Shown here: piece by piece, positions 17,229 to 25,323 of the stretch
Layout of the letters: each line of letters begins with the position of its first letter
Numbering within the stretch: the first letter of the stretch is position 1
Source of the DNA: Nitrospirota bacterium
GTDB taxonomy: Bacteria > Nitrospirota > Nitrospiria > SBBL01 > JAADHI01
DNA length: 64,000 nucleotides
NCBI GenBank assembly: GCA_029261195.1
Contig: JAJDBU010000025.1
Span: 104,874-168,873, forward strand
Reading direction: 5' to 3'
The notes under the pieces: model-generated
Database searches by the model: none
Seen by the model: only the letters and a program-made list of their open reading frames with translations
What the model was told of the DNA's origin: nothing
Position numbers and translations under genes: made by a program

Positions 17229-18574
17229 ACCTTTTTCTCCGCCAATCTCGCCACGATGCCTGAACTCTGTTCGTCAAGGATCTGCACCAGACGATTGCTC
17301 TTCCCGGAAATAAAGCTGTGTAACAGGACAATCGGGATGGCAACGACTAGACCCAGTTCTGTGGTGACAAGGGCCTGCGAGATACCGCCCGACATCAGCT
17401 TGGGATCGCCTGTTCCAAAGAGCGTGATCGACTGGAAGGTTTCAATCATCCCGGTGACCGTTCCGAGCAATCCTAAAAGCGGGGCAATCGCAGCCAGGAT
17501 GGCCACCGTCTTTAGGCCCCGCTCTAAGACAGGGATCTCCTTGAGGATGGCCTCATCCAGTCGATGCTCCAGTACTTCGACCTCCTGATCCGGCTCCTTC
17601 GTATATACGGAAAGAATTCGGCCCAGGGCATTCTTCATATCGGGACTGTCTGACTTGATCTGGGCAGTGATCCGCCGCCCGACCAGGCTCAAATAAGCAA
17701 AACGTTCACAAATCACGAGCAGGCCAATCACGCCGATGGACAGGATCAAATAGCCGATCAGCCCGCCCTGACGCACATGCTCCGCCGTGTCCGGCCTTTG
17801 AACCAGCAGGGAGAGGATGGCCCCCCGTGAAGGATCAATCCCGATTGGCGTCACACCGCTTGTTGCACTTTCCAACTGTTCGGCCATGTCCGTAAAACGG
17901 GAGGGAGGTTGTCGAATGAGGGTCGCTAATTGTGCGCTTTCCGGTAAATAACGCAGGTAACGCCCTTCTGAAATCAGATTGAAAAGCCCGATGCGTGTGA
18001 CTTGGGACTCTATTGCTTTGCCTTCTGACGAAATCACCGGCGCCGTAAAACGACTGACCTTACCGGATGCGCTCATCTCCTCCAACAAAATCAGCCAGAG
18101 CGCTTCCATCTCTTTAATCGTGGGCAAGGTCTTTTGCTTTGCAATGCCCCGCAGCACTTCAGAGCGTCCCGGCTTCTGCGCTGAAACGAGGGAGGTCTTT
18201 AGGATGTCTGCCGTTTCTCTCGCCTCTCGGCGGACAATCTCAAACAGTTCACCCAGGGACCCACTTTCTTTTTTCAGGCCTGCACCGGATATTTCAATCT
18301 GGTTTTCGTTCCAGTCAAACAAGACCTTGCGTGAGTGACTTCTCCGCTCTTGAGCCGTAACGCGGGCCTTCGCCTCCTCAATAAGCTTGTGTTGTTGCTC
18401 TGCATTTTGAGAAAGGAAGTCCGCCTCCCGTTCTTTATCTGCCTCTTCTCCTGCCGATTGTTCCTGGCGAACCAAGGCAAGCAGTTCCTCAAGAGAGACG
18501 GGCTTCTCAAGCGCCTGCGCTCCAACAGGATTGACGCAGAGCAGCCAACTCAGCAATAAGATACTTAATTTCAT
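17225..18574 (-). CDS. Large MotA/TolQ/ExbB-family protein with periplasmic N-domain (TtpC-like, TonB2-type systems)
   Basis: 449 aa with a signal peptide, a ~230-aa periplasmic region and a C-terminal channel motif (LGLLGTVTGMIETF..ISQALVTTELGL). 4-nt overlaps on both sides. Confidence 0.8.
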   Translation of the reverse strand: MKLSILLLSWLLCVNPVGAQALEKPVSLEELLALVRQEQSAGEEADKEREADFLSQNAEQQHKLIEEAKARVTAQERRSHSRKVLFDWNENQIEISGAGLKKESGSLGELFEIVRREARETADILKTSLVSAQKPGRSEVLRGIAKQKTLPTIKEMEALWLILLEEMSASGKVSRFTAPVISSEGKAIESQVTRIGLFNLISEGRYLRYLPESAQLATLIRQPPSRFTDMAEQLESATSGVTPIGIDPSRGAILSLLVQRPDTAEHVRQGGLIGYLILSIGVIGLLVICERFAYLSLVGRRITAQIKSDSPDMKNALGRILSVYTKEPDQEVEVLEHRLDEAILKEIPVLERGLKTVAILAAIAPLLGLLGTVTGMIETFQSITLFGTGDPKLMSGGISQALVTTELGLVVAIPIVLLHSFISGKSNRLVQILDEQSSGIVARLAEKKV

Positions 18575-19362
18575 TTGGAGTTCTCCGGTGACATGCCAGG
18601 TTCCGGTGACATCATTGGGAGTTTAAGCAGGTTGGGCGGGGTCTCTTTTCTTGCGATCCGCAGACCGTATGCTATCCCCTGACGATGCTCACCGGAAAGC
18701 TCCTGCCACTCACGCTTTCGGCTATCCCAGTAAGCGGCCTCCTTGCCGTCAAAGCTTAGGGAATACAATGCGACACGGCCGATGCGAAGGAGGTGGACCA
18801 TACGGCTATTTCCCCCCTGATCAATGGATGCTCTTGTCATAGGTCCGGTCATGGTTCCGGTCGTCGCTTCAATCGTCCGGCCGTAGGCCAACTCAATCTG
18901 ATAAGCCTCTATTACATGCCGATACTTCTCTGCGACGTTCAGATCGGGGCGGTCAATCAATTCTCGTAGCGTACTCAGGCGAGCCCGGCGTTTTTCAGCC
19001 AGAAAGGGAAGATCCAGTGAAACATACTGTTCCAGGCGCTCAAGCATCTTTAAAATGAGGGGGAGAATTTCACTGTTTGTGATCTCAATCTCACGGAGCT
19101 GCTGTTTAAAAGAGGCCATCTCCTCTTCCTGAGCCGCGATCATGCGATCCACTTGATTGTTGTAGATGAGCAGTCTATTTTCCTGACGCAGAACTTGTCG
19201 ATACTCGTGAAGCAGACGGGCGCTCTCTTCAGAAAGCGACTCGACAGCTTGAGATGACCCAGAAACTTGAGACGGCTCGGCATGTGCGAATGGCGCAAAG
19301 CATAGCGTGATGGCAAAGAGTATGACGACTTTCGATAGAAAGTATTCCAGAGCGAACTTCAT
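18571..19362 (-). CDS. DUF3450-like periplasmic coiled-coil protein (TtpB position of TonB2-type operons)
   Basis: 263 aa with a signal peptide and a coiled coil. The conserved-looking block is LDLPFLAEKRRARLSTLRELIDRPDLNVAEKYRHVIEAYQIELAYGRTIEA. It is the first gene of the operon. Confidence 0.65.
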   Translation of the reverse strand: MKFALEYFLSKVVILFAITLCFAPFAHAEPSQVSGSSQAVESLSEESARLLHEYRQVLRQENRLLIYNNQVDRMIAAQEEEMASFKQQLREIEITNSEILPLILKMLERLEQYVSLDLPFLAEKRRARLSTLRELIDRPDLNVAEKYRHVIEAYQIELAYGRTIEATTGTMTGPMTRASIDQGGNSRMVHLLRIGRVALYSLSFDGKEAAYWDSRKREWQELSGEHRQGIAYGLRIARKETPPNLLKLPMMSPEPGMSPENSK

Positions 19363-19418
19363 TTTGATTGTTCCTTTTAGGATTTGGACTCTAAGAAAAA
19401 ATGAAACTTCCAGGCACT

Positions 19419-19499
19419 CATCAATGATTCAATAATTCCATTGATATTGATTATCAATCAAAATAAAGCATGCTATTTGATTCGCTAAATATTTGTCAA
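19419..19499 (-). promoter_or_regulatory. Promoter plus Fur box(es) of the TonB2-type operon
   Basis: The minus strand reads TTGACA (19499..19494), an 18-nt spacer, then TAGCAT (19475..19470). Next comes TGATAATCAATATCA (19456..19442), a 13/14 match to the 7-1-7 Fur motif TGATAATnATTATCA. A second, weaker AT-rich Fur-like repeat lies at 19419..19439. Confidence 0.55.
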
Positions 19500-19623
19500 G
19501 GCATTTGAAAAGTTCGTGCAAAATTTGGTGGCAATAAATAATCTCTGTAAGCAAGCTACTTTGGCATTAAGGTCACACTCCTGCCTAAAGCAACTTGACA
19601 ATGTGCGCACATTGTCTCATGTT

Positions 19624-19908
19624 ATGTCTGTGGAGTTTGAATTCAGTGAAGAAAAAAACAGGCTGCCGTTTAGAGAACGAGGAATCACTTTTTATAGCGT
19701 GATTGATGCAATCAGGGAAAGGGGGATCTTGTTGAATATAGATCATCCAAACCGCAAAAGATATCCGGGTCAGAGGATACTCGTTGTCAACATAGACAAT
19801 TACGCATATTGCGTTCCATACGTGATTACAAAAGACCGATATTTTTTGAAAACAATCTTTCCCAGCAGAAAATTTAAATGCCTTATTGAAGGAGATCAAT
19901 ATGGATAG
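19624..19908 (+). CDS. BrnT-like (DUF497) toxin
   Basis: Likely start MSVEFEFSEEKNRLPFRERGITFYSV, matching the FEWDxxKNxxNxxKHGIxF pattern, with ILVVNID..YCVPYV..FLKTIFPSRK downstream. Its stop overlaps the antitoxin ATG by 8 nt. Confidence 0.6.
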   Translation: MSVEFEFSEEKNRLPFRERGITFYSVIDAIRERGILLNIDHPNRKRYPGQRILVVNIDNYAYCVPYVITKDRYFLKTIFPSRKFKCLIEGDQYG

Positions 19909-20191
19909 ATACAACACAAAATACCTTGATTCGGAAGAAGAGGACTTAGAGGCGGCGATCAATCAAATTGATACAAAAAAGTTGAAGAAGCCAGGTTTGA
20001 AAGAACAAGAACATTTCAGAGCAGCTGCGAAAAAATTTATTAACAAAGAAACAAAAATGAATATCCGGATTGATCCGGGTGAGTTGAATAAGATTAAGGA
20101 GAAAGCAAAAAAGGAAGGACTAAAATACTCCACCTTTGTAAAGAGTGTTTTGCATAAATATATTACAGGCCAATTGGTCGAGAAGCAGTAA
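19901..20191 (+). CDS. BrnA-like CopG/RHH antitoxin
   Basis: The C-terminal NIRIDPGELNKIKEKAKKEGLKYSTFVKSVLHKYITGQL matches the BrnA ribbon-helix-helix tail pattern (nIRLdxxxLxxlKxkAxxxGxxYQtlI). Paired with the DUF497 gene. Confidence 0.65.
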   Translation: MDRYNTKYLDSEEEDLEAAINQIDTKKLKKPGLKEQEHFRAAAKKFINKETKMNIRIDPGELNKIKEKAKKEGLKYSTFVKSVLHKYITGQLVEKQ

Positions 20192-20222
20192 TCACACGGT
20201 ACTCTTTGCCCAACAAACCCTG

Positions 20223-22538
20223 TTAGAAAGTATATTTATATCCCAAGCCGAAAGTCTGAGGCTTTCCAGGGCGGGCACCGAAAGGACGCCGTGATAAGAG
20301 ATAGGTCTTGTCTAAGACGTTGTCAATCTTTAGATACAGTGCATGAAGGGTCTTAAAATCCCAACGTCCCGCCAAATCGACAACGGTGTAGGCTGCCACG
20401 CTGGAGCCTTCCAGGGGGCCGCCGCTCCCTGACTGCTCTAACTGTTTTCCGGTATAACTGATATTGGCCGTTCCTTCCCAGGCTTTATGCGCCAAGCCAA
20501 GGTTAAGATTCAGTTTGTGTTTGGGCATGTAGGGCAGACGGTCGCCTTTCTGCACCGTACCAGGCGTGCTACCCTCCTTGACTGCCCACAGGGAAAAGTC
20601 GGTATTAAACGTATTTTGAAATTCTGATTCCGTAAAACTATAAGTCAAATGAAAGGGTACGCGCCAGTCTTCAGCGAATAGCCATTCGTGGGCCAATCGG
20701 GCCTCTAGCCCGTAGACATGGACTTCCCCACCGTTGACGGCATCACCAATATCGTTTCCAGTACCACATGCGGTAGAAACACCGCAGACTCCCTTCAAGT
20801 TACTGTAGTTGTTAAAAAAACCTATGACTTCGGCTTCAGTCGTCTCACTTGAGTGGCGTAGCCCCAGTTCGTAATTCACGCTTTCCTCCGGTTCCACGTC
20901 ATCCGTTTGACCGGGGCCGGTCGGGACAAAACCCTTATGAATCCCTCCCAGGACACCCAGTGTGGGCGTGAGTTGGTAAAACGCACCGACACCGGGGAGG
21001 AGAATACGATTGCTGTTTGATTTACGCTCGTTAAGCGTTTTCTCATTTTGAATTTTTTTGAGTGATTGATAACGGATGTCTTCCACACGCAAACCTACCG
21101 TCAGAGTCAGTTTGTTTATTTGCATTTCATCTTGAATGTATGCGGATAAAGCCTTTGCGTTTTCATCATTGACCAGGACTGGGGCAGTACTTCCGTCAGC
21201 CACAAGACGTCCATTGCTCATGTTAAACCCGTCTTCGGTGTGATTCCTCTGTATTTCGTCCTCGTGGTAACGCAGACCCAAGGCCATCTTCTGTTCGATG
21301 CCCTTTAGGGAACTCCGCCAATTCAAAACCGTTTGAACACCCTGAGAAATATATTCTCTCGCATTGGTACCCACCAGAAGGGTATGCGTACTCAGTCGTG
21401 AGTTACTTTCACCCCGCAGGATACTAAAAAATTCTGAAACGGTTGTATTGGTAGTTGGGTTTGCCAGAATGCCACTCAGTGTTCCATTTTTTTCAGGGTC
21501 ATCTTTTTCTCCCTGAAAACGGTTCAGTTTGGTCCAGCTTCGCTCAAATTCATGATGATAGACTGTCGTCTGAAACGATAGGTCTTCGTTGAATTCGATG
21601 AGATGCTTCACTTGGACTTGTTTGTGCTCCCAGTCCATGAGACCGTTTTCACTCGCTGCGTAACGTCGATAGGGCGTATTTGCAAAGTCCGCCTCACTTA
21701 GCCCCAGATAGGTTTCATCAGAACGTTCGTCGGCATAATTCAGTTTGACATCCACTTGCTGATAGATCGTTTTGTCCAGATCTGTATTGAATAGGAGTTT
21801 CAACATTACATTATTTTTTTCAAAACCGGTGTCACCCCCTGTATCCAGGTCTTTAAAACCGTCGCTGCCGATATGCAGACCTTCCAGCAACCAGGCAAAC
21901 TGTGAACCGCCGTTTCCATAGAAAAGATGGGCCTTGCGATAGGCATCGGTGCCGTACCCAATATCCAAGCCACCTTCTGATTCAAAGGGTGCCGGTCGTG
22001 TGATGAGATTGATGGACCCGCCAACTGTGTTGGGGCCATTTGCAATTGCAGAGGGACCTTTCACCACTTCAACTGCTGTCATTCGTGAAACCATGGGGAA
22101 GTAGTAGGCGGCAGGGGCGGAATAGGGTGCTGGGGCAATTAACACACCATCTTCCATCAAGGTGATTTTTTGACTGCGCTCCGTGGTGGACCCTCTCAAG
22201 CCGATATTCGGGCGTAGGCCGTAACCATCTTCTCCCCGGACATTCACTCCCGGAACGTGATTTAAGACTCGATGGATATTGTCGTATTCGTCTCGCTCCA
22301 GACTTTCTTCATCGACCACTTGAGCCGATCCTGCTATTTTGCCGAGGTCCTCGTCTTCTCCGATAATTGAAAGTTCTTCTAATCTCAAGATTTCCACCTC
22401 TTCTGAAGTGTCTGTCGATTGAGTTGAGAGAAACTGATCTTCAGCACTTGCCAAAGGATTCAAAATCAATAGAGAGATGAGTGGCAAGCTCAAGAGAAGC
22501 AGGAAGTTCATATTTTTCATCGGGAGATACCTATTCAT
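20223..22538 (-). CDS. TonB-dependent outer-membrane receptor
   Basis: 771 aa with a signal peptide and a plug domain (..VLNHVPGVNVRGEDGYGLRPNIGLRGS..). The beta-barrel has a terminal ..GLGYKYTF (C-terminal Phe). Confidence 0.9.
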   Translation of the reverse strand: MNRYLPMKNMNFLLLLSLPLISLLILNPLASAEDQFLSTQSTDTSEEVEILRLEELSIIGEDEDLGKIAGSAQVVDEESLERDEYDNIHRVLNHVPGVNVRGEDGYGLRPNIGLRGSTTERSQKITLMEDGVLIAPAPYSAPAAYYFPMVSRMTAVEVVKGPSAIANGPNTVGGSINLITRPAPFESEGGLDIGYGTDAYRKAHLFYGNGGSQFAWLLEGLHIGSDGFKDLDTGGDTGFEKNNVMLKLLFNTDLDKTIYQQVDVKLNYADERSDETYLGLSEADFANTPYRRYAASENGLMDWEHKQVQVKHLIEFNEDLSFQTTVYHHEFERSWTKLNRFQGEKDDPEKNGTLSGILANPTTNTTVSEFFSILRGESNSRLSTHTLLVGTNAREYISQGVQTVLNWRSSLKGIEQKMALGLRYHEDEIQRNHTEDGFNMSNGRLVADGSTAPVLVNDENAKALSAYIQDEMQINKLTLTVGLRVEDIRYQSLKKIQNEKTLNERKSNSNRILLPGVGAFYQLTPTLGVLGGIHKGFVPTGPGQTDDVEPEESVNYELGLRHSSETTEAEVIGFFNNYSNLKGVCGVSTACGTGNDIGDAVNGGEVHVYGLEARLAHEWLFAEDWRVPFHLTYSFTESEFQNTFNTDFSLWAVKEGSTPGTVQKGDRLPYMPKHKLNLNLGLAHKAWEGTANISYTGKQLEQSGSGGPLEGSSVAAYTVVDLAGRWDFKTLHALYLKIDNVLDKTYLLSRRPFGARPGKPQTFGLGYKYTF

Positions 22539-22636
22539 TTGTGGTGAAAGTGGGAAGAGTGTGGGAAGAGAGAGGGGACAAACCTTTCAATGTGGATTTA
22601 ATCTTTGTAGACCTCACTGTTCAAGAGGAGATAACA

Positions 22637-22667
22637 GCAGGGCCGAAGAATAGACATTCGGCCCTGC
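22637..22667 (-). other. Perfect 11-bp stem hairpin between the DUF4856-like gene and the receptor gene
   Basis: GCAGGGCCGAA (22637..22647) pairs with TTCGGCCCTGC (22657..22667) across a 9-nt loop. No U-tract follows on the coding (minus) strand, so it is more likely an intra-operon RNA stabiliser or processing site than a terminator. Confidence 0.35.
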
Positions 22668-22696
22668 ATTTTCAGTGGCTCAATATATCGATATTT

Positions 22697-24121
22697 CTAC
22701 CATCCTGCAACATCGGTCTCATCAAAAGAATAGGCAGTTTTGAGAATATCCCGTGCCTCTCCCAGAGCCGTTTTATAGGCAGTAATCGCCGCTGCGCTGG
22801 CATTCGGTAATACCGGTTTCTCTCCGACCTTTGTATGAAAGTCAGCAAAGCGTGTACCGGTGTTCATCGGTGAACGCGGGTTGAACTGGAAGCCCAAGGA
22901 AAAGCCCTTCATCTCACCCCAGTGTTTGATATGATCTGCATAGCTGTAGCCAGTGGCTGGAGGAAATTTCGCCATGTCATCATTCAACACTTCGTTGATG
23001 TAGTGAACCACGGTTGCGGCAATGGCCTTTTCCCAGTTCGTGACGATGATATCGCGCTGGGCCTTCAGGGCATCCAGTTCCGCAGTAGTCAAAGGATCAC
23101 TCGCTTTACTGATAATGGTACGCCCTTTCACAAAGGCATCAAAAATGGCCTTGGTGAAGTCGGTACCGCTTGTGCTGCCGGCATCCCGTTTGGCGGCATT
23201 TGTGGAGTTGCCGAAATTAAATTCGGACAGGAGGTCAATTTTCCCGTCGCCGTCGGTATCGTTGTAACCGCTCTTGAAGGCATCACGACCGGAGTTTCCC
23301 CGAATTTCATTATCGGTGTAGTCGTTGTAATTCCGTGCCGCACCGAAATAGCCAAAGCCTTCATCAAACTGATGCTCCAGTTTAGTGAAAGCATTGGCGC
23401 CGTCTTGCACGTTAGGCGCGAGAATGCCTTTCCCGGCTGTCGCATCATCGAGATAGTCATCTGTCCCCTGTGAAAAGGTGATCGCCCCCAGGAGGAATTT
23501 CTGCACCAGTTGCTTCAAATCGAGTCCGTCGTTGCTTTGGTAAATTGTTAAGCTCTTGGTGTTATCAATGGGATCGGGTCGGTTGGTCCCGGCCGCCTTT
23601 GTTGCCGTATTCGCCGCAATGGCGCCCAACCAGGTCTGAATCAAGGCATCCGGAGAAGCCGCTGTGAATCCGACGAAACTTCCGGGAGCATCCCAATCTT
23701 TATGGTCGGTCACGGAATCGTTCCCTGCAATTTTATCCTGCAGTTTTTTACCCGCACTGATGTCTGTGTAGGTCGTCTGCTTGGTTGTTGGTGTCGTTTT
23801 CAGGGCGATCGGGCTTGCGCCCAGCGTATCGGTCCCACCGGCATAATATTGGTTCAAGATGGCAAGCGCTTCAGGCTGCGTGTCCACTGTAAGCGGAGCG
23901 TTAATAATTTTTGTATCCAGTCCCTTTGCGATCTCCGCATTCAAATCGGCAATAAGCACCTGACGCGCTACCTGACCGGAAGTGTCAACACTGGTCCCGG
24001 CGATGAACTGGCTATTAAAGATGTATCTGAGTACGGATGTGCCGTCATCATCGCCGCAAGCGAACAGGGCCACTGACGAGAGGGCAAGAACTGAATATAA
24101 CAATTTTCGTTTGAGCTGCAT
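22697..24121 (-). CDS. DUF4856-like lipoprotein of imelysin/TonB-receptor iron clusters
   Basis: 474 aa. Lipobox VALFAC|GDDDG. Contains TKLEHQFDEGFGYFGAARNY and a DTDGDGKID (Ca-binding-like) block. AAGGAG lies 8 nt upstream of the ATG. Family assignment is from memory of the pattern and was not searched. Confidence 0.6.
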   Translation of the reverse strand: MQLKRKLLYSVLALSSVALFACGDDDGTSVLRYIFNSQFIAGTSVDTSGQVARQVLIADLNAEIAKGLDTKIINAPLTVDTQPEALAILNQYYAGGTDTLGASPIALKTTPTTKQTTYTDISAGKKLQDKIAGNDSVTDHKDWDAPGSFVGFTAASPDALIQTWLGAIAANTATKAAGTNRPDPIDNTKSLTIYQSNDGLDLKQLVQKFLLGAITFSQGTDDYLDDATAGKGILAPNVQDGANAFTKLEHQFDEGFGYFGAARNYNDYTDNEIRGNSGRDAFKSGYNDTDGDGKIDLLSEFNFGNSTNAAKRDAGSTSGTDFTKAIFDAFVKGRTIISKASDPLTTAELDALKAQRDIIVTNWEKAIAATVVHYINEVLNDDMAKFPPATGYSYADHIKHWGEMKGFSLGFQFNPRSPMNTGTRFADFHTKVGEKPVLPNASAAAITAYKTALGEARDILKTAYSFDETDVAGW

Positions 24122-24232
24122 GGAAATTCTCCTTCATTATTTTTTTTAAGAAACGGGGTGTTTCACATCGTTTTCTGACTCATAGATACTTATCGTATTA
24201 TGCCTCCGTCGTTTTCATTCATCCCCTCCTTT

Positions 24233-24307
24233 GTAGGGGCAGACCCCTGTGTCTGCCCTCTCTTGTCCAATCCAAAAAACAGGGTAGACACAGGGGTCTG
24301 CCCCTAC
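24233..24307. repeat. REP-like nested palindrome (27-bp arms, 26/27 complementary)
   Basis: GTAGGGGCAGACCCCTGTGTCTGCCCT (24233..24259), a 21-nt spacer, then AGGGTAGACACAGGGGTCTGCCCCTAC (24281..24307). Each arm is itself a hairpin (GGGCAGAC/GTCTGCCC). It shares GTAGGGGCA..TGCCCCTAC termini with the palindrome at 34300. Confidence 0.75.
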
Positions 24308-24311
24308 AGTC

Positions 24312-25310
24312 CTAATAACCTTCAGCCTTTGCCCTATTCACCTGCCCCTTGTGAATGCTCAGTAATTGAGCTACCTCCAAGAAAGGCGCTGCGTATGCCC
24401 GCCAAAGGCTCGTATGCGGGTTGGATCTTGAATTCCCCAAACCGAAACCGTGCCGTCTCTGTCCGTGAACCGACATCAAAGTGCCAAAGAGCCCATCCCA
24501 AACGGCCAAAAATGCGCCGTAATTCCGGTCAAAATGTTCCGGGCGGTTGCTGTGATGAAGCTGGTGTTGCGCGGGGCTAATCACGATCCGCTCAAACAGG
24601 GGGCCATAGGATAATCGAATATGAGAATGACGCAGATTCGATCCGGCAAAATTAAAGAGAAAGGTAAAGAGGTTCGCCCCCGCAATATCCCAAGCCGACA
24701 ATTTCATACCGAAACCGTAAAAGAAAACACCCAGAACCAGGCCCTGGGTCAGGAGCATCCGGTTGGCAAAAAGAAAGCTCTCGACGGGATGGATGCGATA
24801 AACGGTGGCCGGAGTCAGGACTTCTGCCGAATGATGCACCTTGTGAAAGACCCACAAAAAAGGAATCCGATGCAGCAAGCCATGCAGCAGAAAGCGGGAA
24901 AAATCGTCAGCAACAAAGAGCACAGTGGTAAAAAACGCCGTGACCAAGCCTGCAGGCCAATCCGGGTCGGCATTGCCGAACAGAACATCCATCCCCTCTG
25001 AAACCTCAATGGCAATAGTCGTCATGGACAGTACGCCCAGGCCGGTCAGCACAGTCAGGATGACCGGGTTGATCACCAGAAGCAGGTAGTCCAGCCGTGC
25101 AGAGGCATGCAGGAAGATCCGGGGATTAAACAGATACCGCAAGCCTGCACGAAGGTCTGCGACAGGGCTGCGCCTGATCCGGCAGCGCCGCAGATAGAAG
25201 ACTGAGGCCAGAATCAGCGCACCCAGGAGATAGAGGCCGTAGATACGCTGGTTTGCATCCCAGGGATAACTGAAAGCCTTCGTGAACTTTTCAAGAAATA
25301 CGGTCATCAT
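24312..25310 (-). CDS. Fatty acid hydroxylase / sterol desaturase family membrane protein
   Basis: 332 aa and polytopic. His boxes are HGLLHRIPFLWVFHKVHHSAE, HSHIRLSY and QHQLHHS (a di-iron membrane hydroxylase signature). Confidence 0.8.
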   Translation of the reverse strand: MMTVFLEKFTKAFSYPWDANQRIYGLYLLGALILASVFYLRRCRIRRSPVADLRAGLRYLFNPRIFLHASARLDYLLLVINPVILTVLTGLGVLSMTTIAIEVSEGMDVLFGNADPDWPAGLVTAFFTTVLFVADDFSRFLLHGLLHRIPFLWVFHKVHHSAEVLTPATVYRIHPVESFLFANRMLLTQGLVLGVFFYGFGMKLSAWDIAGANLFTFLFNFAGSNLRHSHIRLSYGPLFERIVISPAQHQLHHSNRPEHFDRNYGAFLAVWDGLFGTLMSVHGQRRHGFGLGNSRSNPHTSLWRAYAAPFLEVAQLLSIHKGQVNRAKAEGY

Positions 25311-25323
25311 CGTCTACAGTGAA

